A DNA stretch of 32,875 nucleotides from a virus (taxonomy: Duplodnaviria > Caudoviricetes). The DNA is taken from positions 1-32,875 of IMG/VR virus record IMGVR_UViG_3300032225_002522. One strand, given 5' to 3'. Below the pieces are notes generated by a model, which saw nothing but the letters and a program-made list of their open reading frames with translations, ran no database searches and was not told the origin of the DNA. The translations under genes were made by a program, and so were the position numbers. Every line of letters begins with the position of its first letter. Position 1 is the first letter of the stretch. Positions 26,737 to 32,875 of this stretch are shown here, one piece after another.

Positions 26737-29400
26737 ATGGAAGCACAAGAAGATTCAACGTCCCACGAAGCACTCTTTTTTGGAGGAACAGACAAACAAC
26801 TCAAGACCGTAAAAGCTCTACCACATAGGAGCTTCCGCGCTCTTGCTGATCAGATGTTCAACGTAGCAGTACTAATGAACCTCACAAGAGAAGAGTTCCA
26901 AGCACTACCGGAAGAAGATCGCCGCATACGGAAGCGTGTGCCATACCTTACTCCTTGCTGCTTCAACACCAGCCCTTGCCACCGCTCCTCAGAGTATGCC
27001 ACCAACTGCAACTTGATATTCCTGGACATAGACCCGGACAAGGAGAGTGGGAGATACGTGGCGGCTCCATACGTGGATGCACCATGGACATTGGTAGAGC
27101 AATTAATGCCATTCAACTTTGCTGTCTATCACACAGCATCTTCCATGCCAAAGAAGCCGCGCATACGGGTGGTTGTTGAAGCCGATGGCTTACCACCGGA
27201 CAAGTACCGAGATGCTGTCCTCTATGTAGCGCGTCTGATCGGATTGGTTGAAATAACAAAAGAATCCTTTACCTATGTGCAACCGATGTACCTTCCGACC
27301 ATCTTCAAAGGCGAAGCTGAACAAGACATACACCCGCTGATTGTGCAATGCTTGGATGGCAGAGCAGTAACCCTCAAAGATATTAAAGCTGTTGCTTCCA
27401 CACATGGCACAGGAGAAAGCAAGAACCAGAAGAACATGAAGGCGGAAAACTACACAAGCGGTGACGTGCTTGACTTCCTTCGCCCCATCGTAGAAGAGGT
27501 AACCCTTGAAGACGCTGCCGCTGCCTTGGCACACGTGGATCCAGACGTCAACTACCCAGACTGGTTGGAGATCGCAGCCGCGCTACGACACCAGTTCACC
27601 GGAGTGACAAGCGAAGACGCTTATGTTATTTTTGACGAATGGAGTTCGCTTGGCACCAAGTATGCCGGACAGAAGGACACGAGAGCCAAATGGGACAGCC
27701 TTCGCCCCAACCCAGTGAACCGTGTGCCCATAACAATTCGTTCTCTGCTCCATCGGGCACAGGAGAGTGGTTGGGACGGCAACCGCACCATGGAGAAATG
27801 CTTCCATGCCACCCGCCAATGGATATCACACATGAATCGCACCGCTACAACCCTAATGACCGAGGGACTTGGCAAGATAATCGCGACACCTATGATTAGC
27901 CAAGCGGGTGAGGAGGCTCTACTGAACATGATCGTAGAAGAGTGCCGTAAACGGTTCAGCGTGCGTGTCTCTACTGCGTCTCTCCGAAAGGATCTGGCCA
28001 ACATGCGCCTTGAGATGAAGGAGAAGAACAACAAGAAGAAAGATATTTCCCCACCATGGACCAAGGGTCTGTGCTATGTTGCCGCTACTGACCAATTCTT
28101 CAGACAGGCAACCGGAGAACGATTTAGTCCTGTGGCGTTTGACCGCTACTACTCAGCAAAACTTATGACGACACCGGAAGGGACGCCGATGTCTTCAAAT
28201 AGCGAAGTTGGGGCAGCTGGTAGACCAGCGGTAAAGCCACAGGACTATTTACTCAACCAGATCCAAGTGCCGAAGGTGTATGACTACGTGTACGATCCCC
28301 GCTTTCCGTCTGACACGTTCCTACATTACTCCAACCGCCCTTTTGTAAATACCTATGTGCAAAACTTTCCAGAGCCTGACAAGAAGACAAGCAAGGAGTG
28401 CGGTCAACTGTTCTTAATGCATCTACGCAATCTTGTCGAAGAGGAAGAGTATCGCAACACACTAATGGACTTTCTTGCCTATCTTGTCCAGTTCCCAGGA
28501 AAGAAGATCCGGTGGGCATGCCTCATACAAGGGGTAGAAGGTTGTGGTAAGACATTTATCGCGGAAGCGATGAAAGCGGTTCTCGGTATCGGGCATGTCC
28601 GGACAGTAGACAACAATGCCATCTCGTCGGCGTACAACGATTGGGCATATGGGTCACAGCTCATAACCTTTGAAGAGATCCGCGTCGCCGGACACAACAG
28701 GCACGACATCATGAACGTGCTCAAACCACTCATCACAAATGAAAGCATCAACGTCAACCAAAGGTACCGAGACAGCAGACAGGTAGACAACACAACCAAC
28801 TACATGTTGTTCACAAACCACCACGATGCACTTGCGCTGACAAAGGGGGATCGCAGATACTTTGTTCTCAAGAGCCGACTACAAACTAAGGAGCAAGTAG
28901 CGGACATAGCAGAAGGGACACACTACTTCACAACCCTGTTCAACATGTTGAAGAACCGCCCAGGAGGGTTACGGCACTTCCTCGAGAACTGGCCAATATC
29001 TGCGGACTTCGAAGCCGACGGACATGCACCGAGAACCAAGTATATGCTAGAAATGCTGAACGACAGCACCAATGAAGCTTGGCTTTTCTTGAAGGAGTTC
29101 ATAGAGGAGGGACGGCACCCGTTGCTTAGTTTCGATCTGATATCCTCCACAGCAGCCATGGAAGTATTGGAGGCTTCGGACGAATACCGTGGCAGACCGT
29201 TGAGCGGCAAGATGTTGTCCGCTGTTCTCCGAGACGAGAGCTATGTGCGCACCGGAAGGGCAAGGATAGAAAACCGCACGCACCACATCTGGGTGAAAGC
29301 TGGTAGCGCGGCTACGAAGATTAATGCCAACGTCGAAGCCAATGCCCGATACAAAGCGTTCTCACAAATTGAAAGTGTAGATTGGGATCTACTGGAGTAG
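26737..29400 (+). CDS. Primase-helicase (primase-polymerase N-terminus, PriCT-2, SF3/DUF5906 helicase)
   Basis: LIFLDID, YHTASS..PRIRVVV, YPDWLEIAAAL..FDEWSS.GTKY, Walker A GVEGCGKT, FEEI, MLFTNH, DRRYFV. ATG 26737 is preferred because GTG 26710 overlaps the predicted -10 element. Confidence 0.9.
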   Translation: MEAQEDSTSHEALFFGGTDKQLKTVKALPHRSFRALADQMFNVAVLMNLTREEFQALPEEDRRIRKRVPYLTPCCFNTSPCHRSSEYATNCNLIFLDIDPDKESGRYVAAPYVDAPWTLVEQLMPFNFAVYHTASSMPKKPRIRVVVEADGLPPDKYRDAVLYVARLIGLVEITKESFTYVQPMYLPTIFKGEAEQDIHPLIVQCLDGRAVTLKDIKAVASTHGTGESKNQKNMKAENYTSGDVLDFLRPIVEEVTLEDAAAALAHVDPDVNYPDWLEIAAALRHQFTGVTSEDAYVIFDEWSSLGTKYAGQKDTRAKWDSLRPNPVNRVPITIRSLLHRAQESGWDGNRTMEKCFHATRQWISHMNRTATTLMTEGLGKIIATPMISQAGEEALLNMIVEECRKRFSVRVSTASLRKDLANMRLEMKEKNNKKKDISPPWTKGLCYVAATDQFFRQATGERFSPVAFDRYYSAKLMTTPEGTPMSSNSEVGAAGRPAVKPQDYLLNQIQVPKVYDYVYDPRFPSDTFLHYSNRPFVNTYVQNFPEPDKKTSKECGQLFLMHLRNLVEEEEYRNTLMDFLAYLVQFPGKKIRWACLIQGVEGCGKTFIAEAMKAVLGIGHVRTVDNNAISSAYNDWAYGSQLITFEEIRVAGHNRHDIMNVLKPLITNESINVNQRYRDSRQVDNTTNYMLFTNHHDALALTKGDRRYFVLKSRLQTKEQVADIAEGTHYFTTLFNMLKNRPGGLRHFLENWPISADFEADGHAPRTKYMLEMLNDSTNEAWLFLKEFIEEGRHPLLSFDLISSTAAMEVLEASDEYRGRPLSGKMLSAVLRDESYVRTGRARIENRTHHIWVKAGSAATKINANVEANARYKAFSQIESVDWDLLE

Positions 29401-29402
29401 AC

Positions 29403-29717
29403 ATGAAGATAGAACACATACCGATAGAACTTCTTGTGCCGCACTATCTTGTGCACTGCGCAGCGTACTATGTGTACAATGCGTCTCTTGTGACAGACAA
29501 CGAGTTTGATACGTTGTCAAAGAGGGTATACGACGCATGGGATTGCATAGAGCATCGTCACAAGACTTTGATAGACAGAACCGCGCTCCGAACAACAGGC
29601 GCATACCTGGTCAACAAGCTCCCCGGCATCGTGCTATCCGCAGCCGAGCAGTTCATACTTGAAGGGGCTCCAAAAGTAGCAAAAATGTCGTTCGACCCGC
29701 TCGAGCTGCTCCGGTAA
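29403..29717 (+). CDS. Stand-alone NAD-dependent DNA ligase subdomain Ia-like protein
   Basis: AYYVYNASLVTDNEFDTL resembles the YY..D.P.ISDAEYD.L motif of LigA domain Ia. Confidence 0.65.
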   Translation: MKIEHIPIELLVPHYLVHCAAYYVYNASLVTDNEFDTLSKRVYDAWDCIEHRHKTLIDRTALRTTGAYLVNKLPGIVLSAAEQFILEGAPKVAKMSFDPLELLR

Positions 29718-29722
29718 GTGTC

Positions 29723-29864
29723 AAAATCTCCCTCCTGCAGCCCTCATAAAACCTAGAAAAACGAAAATAGTTTAAGAATTCTCTTTACGTTTCTGAGAAA
29801 ATAGTGCAAATTGTGTCTGTCGCCCCGAGCGGCTCTAACCTCAAACCAAACTACTACTACCATG
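29723..29864 (+). repeat. Promoter/leader repeat, copy 2 of 3
   Basis: 4 substitutions versus copy 3, which lies exactly 3000 nt downstream. Confidence 0.95.
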
Positions 29865-30581
29865 AACCTGAACGACAAAACAATCGCAAAGATCAAAGCA
29901 CTCCTCAACCTCGCGGACACCTCCCGTGGCGCGACAGAGGAAGAAGCCAAAGCCGCCATGCAGAAAGCTGGTGAGCTTATGGCAAAGTACGGCTTGGAGA
30001 TGGCTGACCTCTCTGAAGAAGAACAGAAGCAGCAAGAAGTTGAGGGTGCACAGTTCAAGATGGACATGCGGGAACGCATCATCCATCGCGCTGTCTACCG
30101 AATCATCGCACAATGCTTCGAGTGCAAAATCCTTTGGGACACGCACTACGTTTCCGGTAAGAAGAAGCAAGCCTACTACGTCATCGCTGACCCAGTAACC
30201 CTTTCGCTGCTTGAAACCCTTATCCCGTATCTCTACAAAACTATCCTGTCCTGCTTCACCGCATGGCTCAAGGCGAATGACAACTCCTGGAGTGCTCTCT
30301 ACGAGAAGTCCTTCAGCGACGGGTTCGCTTCTGGCTGCATCGCCGCCAACAAGAAAGCCAAGGAAGAGCTCGTCAAGGTCGCTTGTGCCGAAGTCAAGTA
30401 CGCTCTTGTTGTCGCTGACATGAAAGAGAAATGTGAACTCAAATGTGCCGAGATGTTCCCGAAGATGGGCACCAAGAAGCACAGCTCCCGCACCCAAGGA
30501 TATGACTCCGGTGCTTACTCCTCAGGAGCCGCCAAAGGAGCCGCCACCAACCTCAACAGAACCGTAAACCTCAAAGGATGA
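29862..30581 (+). CDS. DUF2786-domain protein
   Basis: KIKALLNLA...ATEEEAKAAMQKAGELMAKYGL; the ATG lies at the end of repeat copy 2. Confidence 0.85.
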   Translation: MNLNDKTIAKIKALLNLADTSRGATEEEAKAAMQKAGELMAKYGLEMADLSEEEQKQQEVEGAQFKMDMRERIIHRAVYRIIAQCFECKILWDTHYVSGKKKQAYYVIADPVTLSLLETLIPYLYKTILSCFTAWLKANDNSWSALYEKSFSDGFASGCIAANKKAKEELVKVACAEVKYALVVADMKEKCELKCAEMFPKMGTKKHSSRTQGYDSGAYSSGAAKGAATNLNRTVNLKG

Positions 30582-30799
30582 ACAACGAACCCACAGAATT
30601 CAGGCACCTCCCCGTGGGTGCCACCTTCTTCATCGATCTCTACCCAGGCAACGAGTATCGCAAGCATGGAGACAACAAAGCGGTATTCGTCAATAACCGC
30701 AACGGCAGTCAGTATAACGGTTGCGAATGCATTCTACCAAGTGCAACCCTCACCCGCAAACAACCCCTACACTTCAACGCAGAAGACCTACTATCATGA
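30578..30799 (+). CDS. Hypothetical protein (73 aa)
   Basis: ATGA overlaps on both sides. Confidence 0.7.
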   Translation: MNNEPTEFRHLPVGATFFIDLYPGNEYRKHGDNKAVFVNNRNGSQYNGCECILPSATLTRKQPLHFNAEDLLS

Positions 30800-31002
30800 A
30801 CAAGCACCAAGACACTACGACACCGGAAGAATCTTACGTGGTTTGCTTCCTTCTATCAAACGGCAAAGAGCGGGAGCATCCAGGTTTCCGCAATGTCAAG
30901 TCAGCGAGGAACTTCGCAAAATCTTCCCTACGCGGAAGTGACGAGTTCCTTCGAGCAGTGGTAAAACATGGCGGTAAAACCCTTGTCCGTATCGAGCGAT
31001 GA
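30796..31002 (+). CDS. Hypothetical protein (68 aa, MNKHQD...)
   Basis: ATGA overlaps on both sides. Confidence 0.65.
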   Translation: MNKHQDTTTPEESYVVCFLLSNGKEREHPGFRNVKSARNFAKSSLRGSDEFLRAVVKHGGKTLVRIER

Positions 31003-31634
31003 ACATCTTTGCGCTAGACAACGATCCGAAGCTGGCAGCCTCCTACCATTGTGACTACCACGTGCGTGGGAAGATGATCCTGGAGACAGCCCAGATCATG
31101 TCCTCCGCTTTGCGCTTGCGTTTGCCACAGAAGTGGTGCAAAGGTCTCTACCTGTTGACTCACTACAACCATCCTTGCGTTGTGTGGGCAGCACAGTCCT
31201 ATCAGAATATGCATTGGCTGTATAGGCTTGCTCAGCAACTTGAGATTGAGCGCAAGACCCGCTGCGCAACAGCAAGCAAGCTGGAGCACAAGAGCTTGAA
31301 AGTTATTGACATAGCAACTGAGATGGCTGAAATGAACAAGACAATGTTCCCACTCCACGAGAGAACTCCTTTTGTCAAAGTTGTTGACGAGCGCAGCAAG
31401 AAGATAGCGGATCCTGTTGAAGCATACCGCAACTATTACAAGACGGAGAAGTATGACATCACTGGACCACAACACGGATGGCGATTTGGAGCACCGGATT
31501 GGTACAGTACTATGCCTTACTGTGACTGGTGTGATGACAGAGCTGTTCAATATGCCGCTGCCCAGCCGTTCTGCCGAACATGCCTTGAGAAATTTGCAGA
31601 TACAATTGAAGCAACCAACAAAACAACAAGATGA
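30999..31634 (+). CDS. Pyrimidine-dimer DNA glycosylase / endonuclease V-like family protein
   Basis: MNIFALDNDP..A..HCD.HV.KMILETAQ.MS..THYNHPCVVWA..AYRNYY..K signature. Confidence 0.8.
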   Translation: MNIFALDNDPKLAASYHCDYHVRGKMILETAQIMSSALRLRLPQKWCKGLYLLTHYNHPCVVWAAQSYQNMHWLYRLAQQLEIERKTRCATASKLEHKSLKVIDIATEMAEMNKTMFPLHERTPFVKVVDERSKKIADPVEAYRNYYKTEKYDITGPQHGWRFGAPDWYSTMPYCDWCDDRAVQYAAAQPFCRTCLEKFADTIEATNKTTR

Positions 31635-31978
31635 GAATATGTATTGACATCGATGGCGTGCTTTGCGAAGTACGTAGACCGGACCAAACCTATGCCGAGG
31701 TAAAAGCAATCCCAGGTGCCGTTGAAAGCGTCCGGCATCTCAAAGAGAAAGGACACTACATTATCTTGCACACCGCGAGACACATGCAGACGATGGCATC
31801 AAACCTTGGCAAAGTAAACGCAAACATAGCTGCGATAACACTTGAGTGGTTGCGTGTCAACGGGATCGAGTATGATGAGATCTACTTTGGCAAGCCCAAC
31901 GCGGATGTGTACATCGACGACCGAGCCGTGTGGTTTCTCAGCTGGTCAAGAACACTTAAAGCAATCAGAATGTTATGA
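31631..31978 (+). CDS. Capless HAD phosphatase, EcbF/BcbF-like (capsule biosynthesis phosphatase family)
   Basis: DIDGVL, ILHTARHM, WL..NGIEYDEIYFGKP, YIDDRA. Confidence 0.85.
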   Translation: MRICIDIDGVLCEVRRPDQTYAEVKAIPGAVESVRHLKEKGHYIILHTARHMQTMASNLGKVNANIAAITLEWLRVNGIEYDEIYFGKPNADVYIDDRAVWFLSWSRTLKAIRML

Positions 31979-32721
31979 ACATCATAATACCAATGGCGGG
32001 AGAAGGTAAGAGGTACTTACAAGGAGGATTTCAAACTTGGAAACCCTTTATACGAGTTGGCACGGGGAAGACCCTGCTGGAGCTTGCAGTAGAATCCTTG
32101 AACATCCCGGACGGGTTCAGAGTTACGTTTGTATGCACCAAAGAGCAGGAAGCGAGATGGAGCGTTCGGGCAACGATCAACCACCTGTTTTCAAGACAAT
32201 CTTTTCGCTGTCGTTTTATACATCTCCCAAAGTTGACAAGAGGACAAGCCGAAACCGTTTACGAGTCTCTGATGTTTGAGCGATCAGACGCGCCACTTGT
32301 AATTTACAACTGTGACACTATCTATCGTTCAAAGCGAAACATCTTTGAAGATGTAGCGACATCAAAGAGTTGCCTTCTTGGAACGTTTCAATCTACGAGC
32401 CCTAGCTACGGATACGTGTCTCTGTCTGACACCGGATTGGTGACAGAGGTAACAGAGAAGGTTGTTGTCAGCAGTAACGCATGCAACGGTCTCTACACGT
32501 TTCCTTCTACGAGAATGTTCAAAGATGTCTACGACCGTCCTTGTGTAGGAGATGCTATGCCAGGAGAGAAGTACGTTGGACCTCTCTACAACCGTGTGAT
32601 ACAAAGCGGTCTTTGTGACGTCCGTCCTTGGGATACGGAAACGGTTACCATTGGCACACCGGAGGAGTTCCTTTTTTACACAAAAACACAATTGGAGAGT
32701 GAAAACAAGAGCGGGTTGTAG
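31975..32721 (+). CDS. Sugar/alcohol-phosphate nucleotidyltransferase (GT-A fold; capsule-locus BcbG-like)
   Basis: IIIPMAGEGKRY..G...KPFI, TRGQAETV, IYNCD, YGYV, EK...S..ACNGLYTF, E.YV.PLYN, GTPEE. Confidence 0.85.
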   Translation: MNIIIPMAGEGKRYLQGGFQTWKPFIRVGTGKTLLELAVESLNIPDGFRVTFVCTKEQEARWSVRATINHLFSRQSFRCRFIHLPKLTRGQAETVYESLMFERSDAPLVIYNCDTIYRSKRNIFEDVATSKSCLLGTFQSTSPSYGYVSLSDTGLVTEVTEKVVVSSNACNGLYTFPSTRMFKDVYDRPCVGDAMPGEKYVGPLYNRVIQSGLCDVRPWDTETVTIGTPEEFLFYTKTQLESENKSGL

Positions 32722-32722
32722 A

Positions 32723-32864
32723 AAAATCTTCCTCCTGCAGCCCTCATAAAACCTAGAAAAACGAAAATAGTTTGAGAATTCGCTTTACGTTTTTGAGAAA
32801 ATAGTGCAAATTGTGTCTGTCGCCCCGAGCGGCTCTAACCTCAAACCAAACTACTACTACCATG
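32723..32864 (+). repeat. Promoter/leader repeat, copy 3 of 3, followed by a truncated gene start (ATG 32862, MNTT...)
   Basis: Direct sequence comparison with copies 1 and 2. Confidence 0.95.
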
Positions 32865-32875
32865 AACACTACTAC

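Noticed and set aside
26116-26812. Short ORFs in the AT-rich divergent region
   Set aside because: Low-complexity products with no recognisable motifs that overlap the predicted promoters.
29753-30082. ORF start at 29811 and antisense ORF 29753-30082
   Set aside because: Both run through the non-coding repeat; the probable start is ATG 29862.
2359-32864. The ~145-bp repeats as a CRISPR array, integron attC sites or IS ends
   Set aside because: They are kilobases apart with whole genes between them, direct rather than inverted, and no cas, integrase or transposase gene is present.

Overview
The window is about 33 kb of a tailed dsDNA phage (siphovirus-type; no integrase seen). A minus-strand late arm (3524-26205) runs from an RHH regulator, terS, terL, portal, MuF, scaffold, capsid and head-tail proteins through tail tube, a -1 frameshifted chaperone, tape measure, Dit, fibres, a lysis cassette, a vWA-containing hub protein, NlpC/P60 and a split tail tip J. 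Plus-strand early/DNA-metabolism genes flank it on both sides. The left end holds a truncated APH-like kinase coupled to an aGPT-Pplase1/5-hmdU-DNA-kinase-family gene and a dUMP-hydroxymethylase-like thymidylate synthase homologue. The right end holds a primase-helicase, a DenV-like protein, a BcbF-like HAD phosphatase and a nucleotidyltransferase. The main hypothesis is a 5-hmdU hypermodification pathway that has recruited a capsule-type kinase/phosphatase/nucleotidyltransferase trio to make an activated donor. Three near-identical ~145-bp promoter/leader repeats bracket accessory gene blocks, and several leaders are C/A-rich with no Shine-Dalgarno motif. All family calls come from motif recognition by eye; no searches were run.
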